From the NCBI GenBank assembly GCA_963666315.2, contig CAXXHG010000015.1, positions 192,001 through 256,000 of the forward strand: a stretch of DNA of 64,000 nt, in the 5' to 3' direction. The notes beneath the pieces are model-generated. The model had not been told where the DNA came from. It ran no database searches and worked only from the letters and a program-made list of their open reading frames with translations. A program made the translations under genes and the position numbers. The DNA is from Candidatus Binatia bacterium. Its GTDB lineage: Bacteria; Desulfobacterota; Binatia; Bin18. This document shows positions 18,442 to 28,205 of this stretch, one piece after another (position 1 is the stretch's first letter; each line of letters opens with the position of its first letter).

Positions 18442-18525
18442 AGCTGGCTCCTTTGTGGACTCTTGTACTGGACAGACTATAGTTGTTCCATTATGTCAGT
18501 CCGTGTTCAATGAGGGAGGAAAGAC

Positions 18526-19705
18526 ATGGCAAGCATCCCAGCAGAAGTCCGCGAGGTCCGCGACCATATCAGGGCATTTATCAATGAGAAGGTCGTTCCG
18601 GTTGAGCCTATTCTCCACAAAGATGATGAGGAATCGGGCCAGGTGCTCGAAAGCTTGAAACAGCAAGCCAAAGACGAGGGCATTTGGGCCCTTGGGCATC
18701 CCAAAGACATTGGCGGCGGTGGTCTGCCATTTATGTCGTTTGTGTATCTCAACGAAGCGATCGGCCGTTCACATTGGGGCCAAGCGGCCGTAGGCTCGCT
18801 CACCATGCAAGATTCCATCATGTTGAATTTATACGGCTCCGAGACGCAGAAAGAGCGTTGGCTCAAGCCCCTGGTTGCCGGCGAAATTCTGCCTTCTGTA
18901 GGACTCACAGAACCGGAGGTAGCCGGCTCTGACCCGACCCTCATGCAAACCAAAGCCGAACTTGATGGCGATGTGTGGGTCATTAATGGTCACAAGTGGT
19001 TCACCTCGTATGCAAAACAAAGCCGCCTTTACCACAGTCTTTTGTCAGACCGACCCGGACGCCGACCGGCACGCTAAGTTTTCGGCCATCATCGTGCCGA
19101 CCGACACACCCGGGTACAACATCGAACGCGTGGTCCAGACTATGGGCCATACCGGTGGTGGTCACTGCGAAGTGCGCCTCACCGATGTTCACGTACCGCG
19201 GGAGAATTTATTAGGCCAACGCGGCAAAGGTTTTCTGATTGCCCAAAAACGTTTGGGGCCGGGGCGTATTTTTCACAGCATGCGCTGGCTGGGGCAGGCC
19301 CAGCGGGCGTTTGAACTCATGTGCGAGCGAGCCAAGAGCCGCTATGCCCACGGCTCACTGCTATCAGAAAAAGGCGAGATTCAGCGTTATATCGCCGAGT
19401 CCGCCGCCGAGATCCAAGCGGCACGACTGATGACCTTAGATGCCGCACAGGCCATTGATGCCGGTGGTGAAGCCCGTGTCGAAATTGCGCTCATCAAGTT
19501 CTGGGGCGCACGCATGTTACACAACGTCATCGACCGGGCCATTCAGGTCCACGGCGCACTCGGCGTGACCAGCGATACACCCTTAGAGTTCATGTACCGC
19601 GAAGCGCGGTACGCCAGAATTTATGACGGCCCCGACGAAGTCCACCGCATGACCGTGGCCCGGCGTTTGCTGCGCGATCCAATAAATGGCACACCGTGGT
19701 CGTGA
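18526..19705 (+). pseudogene. Acyl-CoA dehydrogenase split by a 1-nt insertion near 19015
   Basis: N-half LTEPEVAGSD...INGHKWFTSYA and C-half (N)KAAF...RLGPGRIFH...RIYDGPDEVH lie in different frames; span of 1180 nt is one base too long, at GCAAAACAAAGCC. Confidence 0.85.
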
Positions 19706-19805
19706 AACGTCACACTTCACAATTACATCCCCTCGCCCCCATTTGGGGAGAGAGGGAAACAGGAGCAGAGCGACTGTGGGTGAGGGGGGATTCTTCAACG
19801 TCCAC
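19696..19805. repeat. IR-bounded element with CCCCTCGCCCCC...GGGGAGAGAGGG / GGGTGAGGGG REP-like motifs
   Basis: Imperfect inverted ends GTGGTCGTGAAA and TTCAACGTCCAC; same motif family as 12173-12379. Confidence 0.45.
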
Positions 19806-19811
19806 TTTTTC

Positions 19812-20262
19812 CTATTCGCTCATAGTGCCTGGTCTTGGCGGTAGGCCGGTAAACCCTTCGAGGACGACCATATTGGTGTATTCCGAAGCTGCATGCCGGA
19901 ACGGAATAGCCTTTTGATACTCTGCTGAATCATACTAGGCTTTGGCCGCTTCAACAGAAAGGAATTCAAGCACAACGGTCCAGTTCTTCCCCCATTGTCC
20001 TTCCAGGATCTCCGGGCTTGCGGACGCAACTATAGCGCGGCCCTGATAGGCCTGGATCGTCGGCCCGACGGCTGCACGATACTTGCTGAAGAAGGCCTCG
20101 TGGTCATTGATATGCATCCGCACCAAAATGTATCCAGGGGCCGAAGTCGCCGCTTCAGCCGTCCGGGCCAACACTGGTCCACGGCTTGCGGCCGACGAGT
20201 AGCAGGGCAACACTCAGGATGAGGCCTACGAACTGGAAGGTATAAGCCCTATTTCTCTTCAT
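19812..20262 (-). pseudogene. DUF1330 family protein with signal peptide; frameshift plus in-frame TAG
   Basis: ATG 20262 (GGAGG RBS); domain GYILV...EILEGQW...VVLEF.SVEAAKA*YDSAEYQKA.PFR; TAG at 19935-19937 falls at the conserved Trp; span 451 nt is not a multiple of 3. Confidence 0.8.
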
Positions 20263-20392
20263 AACGACAATCCTCCAAATCATTTTTTCTCCTTCATCGT
20301 TTGTACTCGGACCACACAGGAATTACGCTATAGAGATGCAATAACACAGTCAATATTGGAGAAAAGCATATAGCTTATGTAAATTTGCATAT

Positions 20393-21355
20393 ATGTATAA
20401 TTGGGATGATGTGCGATTTTTCTTGGTCATAGCGCGGACAGGATCGATGACACGCGGGGCCGACGCGCTTGGCGTCGATCAATCAACGGTTTCTCGCCGC
20501 ATTGCGAGCCTAGAGAAACATCTTGAGGTCAAACTCTTCGAACGGCATACAGCCGGTTATATTCCGACGCATTCAGGCAGACAGTTGCTCCATCATGCGG
20601 AACGCGTAGAGGATGAGCTCATTGAGGTCGAGCGGCGCGTAGTAGGACAACTTCGACGGATCAGCGGTTCCATCCGTGTCAGCACCTCAGCCCATTTGGC
20701 GACAGAACTGCTCGCGACTCCCCTGGTCGCTTTTACGGAGGAAAATCCGGAGATTGAGGTCAATCTAACCATTACGAATTCGCTCGTGGATATGAACAAA
20801 TATGAGGCGAACATAATCATCCGCATCACAACCAGCCCGCCCGAAACCCTCGTAGGCCGCAAACTCGCGGATGTTACAGCGGCCCTGTATGCTTCAAAGA
20901 AATACTGGGCGAGCTGTCTCAAACAATCGGAAAAGATAACTCAGGCGAAGGGCTATCGGGGGTATCGTTGGATTGGTAATGCCTGGCCGGGAGAAGCGAG
21001 CGAGGCGGGGATGAAAAAACACCTCCCCCAGGCACTCGCTGTCAATCCGCGCCCGACTGGCCATGTCAACGAATTATTGGATATGAAACAGCTTATTAAG
21101 GCCGGCCTCGGAGTGGGACGGCTGCCCTGTTTTCTGGGAGATACAGATCCAAGTCTACAAAGAGTCTCTCCGGTTTTTTCACGAGTAGGCTGGAGTCTGT
21201 GGCTGCTTACGCATGAAGACCTACGTCATACGACTCGGATACGGATCTTCACCGATTTCATAGCGAAGGCTCTGAACACGCAGAAAGATCTGATCGAGGG
21301 ACGCACTGCAGATGGTTGGTTTAGAGGGTGGCTGACACAGTGCGCACATACCTGA
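20393..21355 (+). CDS. LysR family transcriptional regulator
   Basis: NWDDVRFF...GADALGVDQSTVSRRI.SLE..L.VKLFER HTH; LWLLTHEDLRHT.RIR.F.DF C-terminus. Confidence 0.92.
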   Translation: MYNWDDVRFFLVIARTGSMTRGADALGVDQSTVSRRIASLEKHLEVKLFERHTAGYIPTHSGRQLLHHAERVEDELIEVERRVVGQLRRISGSIRVSTSAHLATELLATPLVAFTEENPEIEVNLTITNSLVDMNKYEANIIIRITTSPPETLVGRKLADVTAALYASKKYWASCLKQSEKITQAKGYRGYRWIGNAWPGEASEAGMKKHLPQALAVNPRPTGHVNELLDMKQLIKAGLGVGRLPCFLGDTDPSLQRVSPVFSRVGWSLWLLTHEDLRHTTRIRIFTDFIAKALNTQKDLIEGRTADGWFRGWLTQCAHT

Positions 21356-21676
21356 CACTCGCTGTGATCCAGCTTGTGTCAGCTCTCTCGTATCGTTTTG
21401 TATCCGATCAGGCAGAACAACATAGTCCTTCTTGATTGGGCCTTTGGGGAAATAGCGGAGTTCTCTCGCACCTTTTTTCTGTAAGAGCATATTCCGAGAC
21501 TGGGAGGGAAGCTTGAGCGCAAGACCGGCTGGTGTGAACGAAATGAAGATCTTGCCATTTACATACCCGGCAGCCCCGCTAAAGAAATGCTTGCATTCGA
21601 TGTCAGCCGCGTTGAACTCTTCTCCTGACAGCTGTTGTATCAATGCACACAGCCGTTCTAGATATTCCTTTGCTAT
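21321..21676 (-). pseudogene. TfoX/Sxy N-terminal domain protein; ATA start and 3' frameshift
   Basis: ECKHFFSGAAGYVNGKIF, GLALKLP, LRYFPKGPIKKDYVVL; GGGGAG RBS 6 nt before ATA; plausible tail SWITASVRYV lies in another frame after an ACACA run. Confidence 0.65.
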
Positions 21677-21853
21677 TTGATACTCCCCGGCTGCAATCAA
21701 TCATCTCGTAGCCGGGATGTACCTTACCATTCTTTACCTCTTGTAAAGGGGAGAGAGTGCCGTCTGTGCCAGCAGACGCTGGCACGTAGTGGCCGCGAGT
21801 GAGGAGAAATATTCAAAGCCCCACCGTCTCGATCCGGTTAACGCGACATAGTC

Positions 21854-22300
21854 CTAATTTAGGAGCTTCTTAGCAGCATCACTCTTCAGGACACCGCGCA
21901 GCATGGCCACATGATCTCGCGGCTCGAGGAACGGATGACTACGATACACATCCGAGTATTGTTCGTCGAGCCCCTGTTGTGTTACCAGCTGCTGCGGCGC
22001 AACATCCTTCACCTGACGTAAGTGGCGCTTAGCAAATTCTAAACGGTTCGGATCAATGAGGCCTTTTTCTATAAAGGATCGAGTCTTGTTGCGACAGCGA
22101 CAAGGATTGTCCCTGTTCACCAGGCCACACTTGCCCTGCACGAACGCGTAAAGGTCACGACGGGCTCGGGTCAGCCGCTGTCGAAAGGCCACCGGCGTAA
22201 TCTCGAGTAGCTCGCCACCTACTTGACTATCCACGGAAAAGATATCACCGAGTACGAAAATAATGCGCTGCTCACGATCAAGGCACAACAACATCGGCAT
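21854..22300 (-). pseudogene. C-terminal part of an ECF RNA polymerase sigma factor (region 4 plus Cys-rich extension), 5' end lost
   Basis: MLLCLDREQR..FVLGDIF...FRQRLTRARRDL...KCGLVNRDNPCRC; no sigma region 2; upstream sequence is IS30 DNA. Confidence 0.75.
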
Positions 22301-22303
22301 TGT

Positions 22304-22500
22304 CAGAAGGGCGGCATTGAAAATGCCCTCGGTCGCATGCGGCGAACCATCCCGCGCAAAACCGCCCTCGCCACCCTGAGCACAAACTGCTTTAATGCCC
22401 TCATCCCTGCCTACAACAACACACCCCGAAGATGTCTTGCCTACCACACTCCTGCAGAGGCTCTTTTACAGCAACTGTTGCACTTCAAATGTGAATCCAC
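22304..22500 (+). mobile_element. IS30-family remnant (transposase C-terminus plus right terminal repeat)
   Basis: QKGGIENALGRMRR..PRKT...YNNTPRRCL.Y.TPAE; terminal GTTGCACTTCAAATGTGAATCC. Confidence 0.85.
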
Positions 22501-22501
22501 A

Positions 22502-22563
22502 GTCCCGTTTCCACGGGCATGACAGTCCGTGTTGTGTCACACCTGCAAACGCCGGAACCCAGG
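22502..22563. repeat. Degenerate REP doublet (CCCG..TCCACGGGCATGAC / GTCACACCTGCAAACGCCGG) abutting the IS30 end
   Basis: Resembles GTCATNCCCGCGNANGCGGG-type palindromes. Confidence 0.5.
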
Positions 22564-22711
22564 CCTACGGGACAAGATGGAGTTAGCGCAGCGTAACCCG
22601 ACACACACGGCTCCCCCTACCTCCGTTTCCCAGGCCGGCGTCTATGCTAGACTGCTGTCAGAATTTAATGGATTCAAATTCTGCGGCAGGAACGTCAAGG
22701 AGACTGTAGCT

Positions 22712-23794
22712 ATGCTTGGTTTTCAGCCAACCGAAGAACAGCAACTGATTCGAGACACCGTCGCTGAGCTTGCCCGAGAACAGATCCGCCCCGTCGCCCA
22801 CGATGCGGATGAGAGCGGCGCGATTCCTGGGGCGGTTGTGCAACAGGCTTGGGAACTGGGACTGGTACAAAGTACGATTCCCGAAGCCTACGGCGGTGTG
22901 GGGACGCCCTCTTCGGCTGTCACCGGCACCTTAATCTGTGAAGAGCTGGCCTGGGGCGATCTGGCCATAGCCCTGCATATGCTCGCACCCCAGCTCGTGA
23001 CCTATCCGGTTATGACGCTGGGTACACACGAACAAAAACAGCAGATTCTCAGCAGCTATATCGGTCCGAATTTCACCGCCGGTACGGCCGCTCTCATGGA
23101 GCCACGCTTTGGCTTTGACGTAAATGAACTGGCCACAACGGCCGAGCGGAAAAGTGGAGACTTTGTCATTAACGGCAGGAAGTGCTTTGTGCCGTTAGCT
23201 GAAGATGCCGCCCAAATATTGGTTTATGCCCGCATAGGGAATGATTTGAGCGCCTTCCTGGTACCGCGCGGGACGCCGGGGCTCAACATAACCGAACGTG
23301 AGAAAAACATGGGCCTCCAAGCAGTCGCCACGTATGAACTCAGCCTGGACGATTGCCGTGTCCCAGCCCCGTCTCAACTGCAAGGCGATCTGCAGCCTGT
23401 TTTGAATCGCTCACGTGTTGCCCTGGCGACCATGGCCGTTGGCGTGGCCAAAGCCGCCTATCAATATGCGCGCGAGTACGCCAAAGAGCGCAGAGCGTTT
23501 GGCGTCGCCATTGCGCAAAAGCAAGCCATAGCCTTCATGTTGGCCGAGATGGCCATGGAAATTGATGCCGCCCGTTTGCTGGTCTGGGAAGCGGCGTGGA
23601 AAATCGACGCGGGTGAAGATGCCACGCGCGAAGCCTGTTTGGCGAAGAACTACGCGGCAGACATGGTTCTCAAAGTGACTGACAACGCCCTCCAAACCCT
23701 GGGCGGGCATGGCTATATTCGGGACCATCCGGTTGAACTCTGGCTGCGTAACGGTCGCGGCTTTAGCACCTTCGAAGGGCTGGCCATGGTCTGA
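22712..23794 (+). CDS. Acyl-CoA dehydrogenase (FadE24-like, short C-terminus)
   Basis: EELAWGD, INGRKCFVP, KERRAFG..IAQKQ, GGHGYIRDHPVE; AAGGAG RBS. Confidence 0.9.
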   Translation: MLGFQPTEEQQLIRDTVAELAREQIRPVAHDADESGAIPGAVVQQAWELGLVQSTIPEAYGGVGTPSSAVTGTLICEELAWGDLAIALHMLAPQLVTYPVMTLGTHEQKQQILSSYIGPNFTAGTAALMEPRFGFDVNELATTAERKSGDFVINGRKCFVPLAEDAAQILVYARIGNDLSAFLVPRGTPGLNITEREKNMGLQAVATYELSLDDCRVPAPSQLQGDLQPVLNRSRVALATMAVGVAKAAYQYAREYAKERRAFGVAIAQKQAIAFMLAEMAMEIDAARLLVWEAAWKIDAGEDATREACLAKNYAADMVLKVTDNALQTLGGHGYIRDHPVELWLRNGRGFSTFEGLAMV

Positions 23795-23871
23795 GGATGT
23801 TCTAAAGTCGAAATGATCTAACCATCTAAGGTCGAAAAAGAACGAATAATCCAGAGTCTTGGAGGCATAGT

Positions 23872-25107
23872 ATGATAGACTTCTCCCTCTCCCCGGCCGT
23901 TCAAAAAAACCGCGACATGATGCGCTCGGTGGCGGACGGCACCATGCGACCCATCTCGCGCGAGTATGACGAGCGTGAGCACGAAAAGCCCACCGAGTGG
24001 CTGAACATGATGTGGAACGCCACCAAAAATCTGGTCAGCTTTGGAGATGGAAAACAGAAGCAAGAGCCGCAAGAAAAGACTGACCGACGCCCGTCGGAAC
24101 GTAACGTTCGCTCGGCCGTTCTTGTTGAGGAATTATCCTGGGGCGACGTGGGTCTATATCTCAGTATTCCGCATCCAGGCCTAGGTGGTGCTGCGGTCGC
24201 CGCCGCCGGCACGCCGGCGCAGAAAGAGCGCTTTCTGGCACGCTTCCGTGACGGCGAACCCAAGTGGGGAGCCATGGCCATTACCGAACCGGGCTGTGGC
24301 TCAGACTCGGCCGCGGTCGCAACCACAGCCGTTCAGGATGGAGACCAGTGGGTCTTAAACGGGACGAAGATTTTCTGCACCAGCGGTCTCATGGCTGCAG
24401 AAAAATCGGAGGGCTTTGTCGTCGTGTGGGCCACGATTGATAAATCTGCCGGTCGACACGGCATCAAAGCCTTTGTAGTTGACCACCACACGCCGGGTAT
24501 GACCGTCGCTAAGATTGAAGACAAAATGGGCATCCGGGTCTCGGACACGGCCATGCTGGTGTTTGAAGACTGCCGCATTCCAGTAGACAATCTTTTGGGT
24601 AGTGCAGAAGTGAAAAAATCCACTGAGGGCTTTAAAGGCGTGATGGCCACGTTTGACGCGACCCGCCCGCTCGTGGCCGCCAGCGCTATTGGCGTCGCCC
24701 GAGCAGCTGTGGATTATGTCCGTGATATATTCAGGCGGGAAGACATCACCATCCGTTACACCACCCCACCCACAAAACTCAGCACGCTGGAGCGTGACTT
24801 TATGGATATGGAGGCCAGCCTGCAGGCGGCCAGGCTGCTGACCTGGCGGGCGGCCTGGATGCTGGATCAAGGTAGGCACAACAGTCTGGAGGCCTCTATG
24901 GCCAAAGCCAAGGCGGGCAGCGTGGTCACTCAGGTCACACAGAAAGCCGTCGAGCTACTCGGTCCGCTGGGATACTCACGAAAAATTCTGTTGGAAAAAT
25001 GGATGCGCGACGCCAAGATCAGCGATATTTATGAGGGCACGCAGCAGATTAATTTGCTGATTATTGCCCGGCGTATCTTGGGCTATTCGAGTAAAGAGCT
25101 AAATTAG
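23872..25107 (+). CDS. Acyl-CoA dehydrogenase (FadE23-like partner)
   Basis: AMAITEPGCGSD, LNGTKIF, KMGIR.SDTA, DIYEGTQQI. Confidence 0.92.
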   Translation: MIDFSLSPAVQKNRDMMRSVADGTMRPISREYDEREHEKPTEWLNMMWNATKNLVSFGDGKQKQEPQEKTDRRPSERNVRSAVLVEELSWGDVGLYLSIPHPGLGGAAVAAAGTPAQKERFLARFRDGEPKWGAMAITEPGCGSDSAAVATTAVQDGDQWVLNGTKIFCTSGLMAAEKSEGFVVVWATIDKSAGRHGIKAFVVDHHTPGMTVAKIEDKMGIRVSDTAMLVFEDCRIPVDNLLGSAEVKKSTEGFKGVMATFDATRPLVAASAIGVARAAVDYVRDIFRREDITIRYTTPPTKLSTLERDFMDMEASLQAARLLTWRAAWMLDQGRHNSLEASMAKAKAGSVVTQVTQKAVELLGPLGYSRKILLEKWMRDAKISDIYEGTQQINLLIIARRILGYSSKELN

Positions 25108-25134
25108 AAAGTCCACCTCAAAACTGATTTTCTT

Positions 25135-25836
25135 ATGCAAGTCATTGGCCATCGCGGCGCAGCAGCCCTCGCTCCGGAGAATACGGTGGAAAGTTTCGAT
25201 CTGGCACTGTCACTCGGCGTCGATGCGATTGAGACCGATGTCCACTCGACCAGCGACGGCGAACTCGTCCTGATTCACGATCAAAACCTGAGTCGAACCA
25301 CAAATGGAGACGGCCTGGTGTATGAAACACCGTGGTCGGTCGTCAGAGACTTAGACGCGGGTTCGTGGTTTGGCGTCGAACACGCCGGCGCGCGCGTCCC
25401 CTTACTGGGTGAGGCACTCGAGCGTTATGGGCAACGCACCCACATTGTGCTCGAGATCAAGCAGCCCGATCTTGAGCTGCGCGTGTTGGCTATGGTGCAG
25501 GATATGGGCCTGCTCAATGCGGTCACGTTCTCCTCGTTTTATTTCTCGATTGTCCGGAATCTGAAAGCGCACGCACCCGAGGCCAAGGTTGGCTCGCTGA
25601 CGATTGACGCCAAGCCGGAAACAACCCAAAGGGTGTTGGACGCCAAGCTTGATCAGATCTGCCCGCCCGCGCTTTTTCTGTCTCGGCAGCGAGTCGCCGA
25701 CTGGCAAGCCTCGGGGCTCGAAGTCCGGGCCTGGGGGATCAAAGACACAGATCTCATGCGATCAGCCATCCAGGCCGGCGTTGACGGCATGACGGTCGAT
25801 TTTCCGCATCTGCTGCTGCAAGCTCTGGGCAGATAG
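25135..25836 (+). CDS. Glycerophosphodiester phosphodiesterase
   Basis: IGHRGA..APENT, ETDVH, LIHD, LEIK. Confidence 0.92.
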   Translation: MQVIGHRGAAALAPENTVESFDLALSLGVDAIETDVHSTSDGELVLIHDQNLSRTTNGDGLVYETPWSVVRDLDAGSWFGVEHAGARVPLLGEALERYGQRTHIVLEIKQPDLELRVLAMVQDMGLLNAVTFSSFYFSIVRNLKAHAPEAKVGSLTIDAKPETTQRVLDAKLDQICPPALFLSRQRVADWQASGLEVRAWGIKDTDLMRSAIQAGVDGMTVDFPHLLLQALGR

Positions 25837-25866
25837 CGTCCTCACAATCACTACAATCACTCTCGC

Positions 25867-26520
25867 TCAGCGTTGAAAGACCACAACAGATTTCTCATGA
25901 AAATGGGCACTGAGTGTATATTCTTGAGCTAACCACTCGATGGTTGCTCTGGAGTAGAAACACACATGGGTTGCATCGTGTTTGTAATACCAGTTTGGAA
26001 ACCGGCTCTGATCGGTGACGAACTGGGTCATAATGCCAAGCCAGCCGCCGTGTTTTACCAGTCCAAGCAAACACTCCCAGTCTGCTCGGGGCTGGGCAAA
26101 GTGTTCCATGGTTTCAGCACACGTCACAAAATCGTACGTCCGTTTAAGAACGCTAGGCTGGTTAGCATACAACGGGTCATAGTTCTTAACCTGAAAGCCC
26201 CGCTCAGCCATGAGCAGCGAGAGAACGGGTTCAGGCCCAGAGCCGAAATCCAAGCCTAGACTGCCTGGCGGGAGTAGCGGCACAAGGACATCAAGCAGCC
26301 GGTTTAAAAAGGCGCGATAGCCAGCATGGCCTGGGTCGTCCGGGTTATTGCGGTGGGTGTCGTAACGCTGCCGGGCAGCCTCGGCGGAGATATGGTAGCG
26401 GCGAGGCACATACACTACGTCACACTGCGGACAGGACCAATAGACTCGGAGCCGGTCTTGATGAAACCGGCTTCCGCCGGCATGCAGACACAAAGGACAG
26501 TGGGAATCCAGGCTGTGCAT
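25867..26520 (-). CDS. Class I SAM-dependent methyltransferase with N-terminal Zn ribbon
   Basis: CPLC...CPQC, GLDFGSGP, YDF.TC.E..EH, WYY..D.THVCFY. Confidence 0.85.
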   Translation of the reverse strand: MHSLDSHCPLCLHAGGSRFHQDRLRVYWSCPQCDVVYVPRRYHISAEAARQRYDTHRNNPDDPGHAGYRAFLNRLLDVLVPLLPPGSLGLDFGSGPEPVLSLLMAERGFQVKNYDPLYANQPSVLKRTYDFVTCAETMEHFAQPRADWECLLGLVKHGGWLGIMTQFVTDQSRFPNWYYKHDATHVCFYSRATIEWLAQEYTLSAHFHEKSVVVFQR

Positions 26521-26538
26521 ATACTGCCAAACAGACCC

Positions 26539-28167
26539 TCACTCTTGTCTCTCTTCGTCCGCTTCCTGGCTCTCATCCAGCACGGTCCAGCCGATGTCCT
26601 GGAGCTGAAAGCGGGTCAGATCGACTTCGCTCGCCGCATCAAGGTCGCTATTCAGAAAGGGCTCCATGAGCAGATTCGGTGTCGCGCTGGGATCCCAATG
26701 AGAAATGGAAGAGCCGAGCTCGAGCGTAGGCGGAGCGTAGAGCAGCACGCGGCCGTGCTCATCTGCGCCAACGAGTTGATCCGGGTTGACGCGTAACACG
26801 GCCTTGACCGCCGACCCGCGAGAATTCGTGAGCTCGTCCATCAGTGCGGTTCCCGCTTCCTGGCCTACACTGACGGCAGGAATAGAAATCCCCGCGCCAT
26901 CACCGTCCATTACGATCGGGTCGCCGGGTACATCGTTTACCACGAGCACCGCGCTTGCACCCGCAGCCTGGGCATGCGCCACTTTGAGTGTGAACGGACA
27001 ATGCCCTCGGCTGACAAGGGCGATGTCGCCCCTCAGACGATTCTTGAGCGGCTCACAGGCATCAGTCGGTTCGCCTATCAAATCGTTTTCCAGTTCGATC
27101 GGCTCTGACTCAGCGTTCAGCGCTAAAACCGGGCCAAAATTCGCCAGTCTCACGTCGTACTGCCCTTTCAAGCCGGTCGGTGAAAGAATTTCGAGCTCGG
27201 CCCGAAAAGCCAAAAAGTCGGCAGCCGCCTCAGTCACGGCCTCTCCATCCCAGACTAGGCTGCCTTGATTCAGCTGCGAAATCAGCCGTTCGTCATTGCG
27301 CATCTCGTGCCAATGCTTGCTGAGACTCGTGTCATAGACTGCGGTCGAATGGACATCCGGCAAGTCGAGCGGCGGCGTGCCCGTGTCCGGATCAATAAAA
27401 TTGACCAACCCAACGCCGTGGGCCAATTCGTGCATCACCACATTGAGCAGGCTAATCGTGCCCTTTGCGGCCGGGGTATTGAAGTCGTAATACCAGTCGC
27501 CGGGCAGGCAGTTGGGATTGCCATCAATATCACCATTGGAGAAGGCCGCGATGTCATCATTATAGGGTTCGTGGAGCAGCTCGGCGTCCGCTGGGCCGGG
27601 ACTCAAATCCTGTACGGCCAGCGCATTACTCAGAGCAGCCGGATACCACACATCAGCCTGGCGGTGTTCAACATCGGAAGGAAAATTCGCAAACAACCGA
27701 ATCGGGCCGGCCGCCCCCAACACGGCGGAAGTCATATCACACGGCAACGGACTGAACGTCGCCTGCACCACAATTTCAACCGAACTATCCAGGATACTAG
27801 CCCATACATCGGCGGCAAACACGAATACCTGCAGCCGCTGCTCACCGAGCGTGACACCCGCATTACCGCCGATCGGTGCGACGGCAGTCTGATCGTTGAA
27901 TCCTACAGGGACCGGATCGACGTTGTTGATAGTAATAGTCGTGTCTGCCTGGACACGAGGAATGAGGGTAAGAAGGAGCGCCAGAAACAGCACAGCGAGC
28001 TGCGCTCCTCCGAATAATACTCGTCGCAGTAGCACATCCAGCCTACAATAGTGCGTCCCCGCACGTTGATGCTTCGACAGGCTCAGCACGAACGGTTCCG
28101 TTCTACACCGCGACCAAACAGCGCACAGTTTTAATGTAGACGCAGCAGTAGACTGCGACCCACGCAC
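26539..28167 (-). CDS. Secreted PA-domain zinc metallopeptidase
   Basis: Signal peptide ending VQA; HELAHGVG (HExxH); PA domain IALVSRG.C.F..KV..AQ.AGA; SISHWD...NLLMEP; GGAGGAG 7 nt before GTG 28167. Confidence 0.8.
   Translation of the reverse strand: MRGSQSTAASTLKLCAVWSRCRTEPFVLSLSKHQRAGTHYCRLDVLLRRVLFGGAQLAVLFLALLLTLIPRVQADTTITINNVDPVPVGFNDQTAVAPIGGNAGVTLGEQRLQVFVFAADVWASILDSSVEIVVQATFSPLPCDMTSAVLGAAGPIRLFANFPSDVEHRQADVWYPAALSNALAVQDLSPGPADAELLHEPYNDDIAAFSNGDIDGNPNCLPGDWYYDFNTPAAKGTISLLNVVMHELAHGVGLVNFIDPDTGTPPLDLPDVHSTAVYDTSLSKHWHEMRNDERLISQLNQGSLVWDGEAVTEAAADFLAFRAELEILSPTGLKGQYDVRLANFGPVLALNAESEPIELENDLIGEPTDACEPLKNRLRGDIALVSRGHCPFTLKVAHAQAAGASAVLVVNDVPGDPIVMDGDGAGISIPAVSVGQEAGTALMDELTNSRGSAVKAVLRVNPDQLVGADEHGRVLLYAPPTLELGSSISHWDPSATPNLLMEPFLNSDLDAASEVDLTRFQLQDIGWTVLDESQEADEERQE
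28070..28095. repeat. REP half-site (CCGTTCGTGCTGAGCCTGTCGAAGCA on the - strand) inside the peptidase 5' region
   Basis: Same motif family as the intergenic pair at 58571-58641; translates as PFVLSLSKH. Confidence 0.75.
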
Positions 28168-28205
28168 CGAATTTCTCCTCCGTCTCAGGCAGGCGAAGAC
28201 AGCCC

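Noticed and set aside
13500-19025. Programmed ribosomal frameshifts in TauD (~13509) and the acyl-CoA dehydrogenase (~19015)
   Set aside because: No canonical slippery heptamer, and these families are not known to be recoded; single-base indels in short A-runs are the simpler explanation.
21854-22447. 197-aa ORF treated as an intact protein
   Set aside because: Its first ~48 aa are the antisense of IS30 DNA fused to a sigma-factor fragment.
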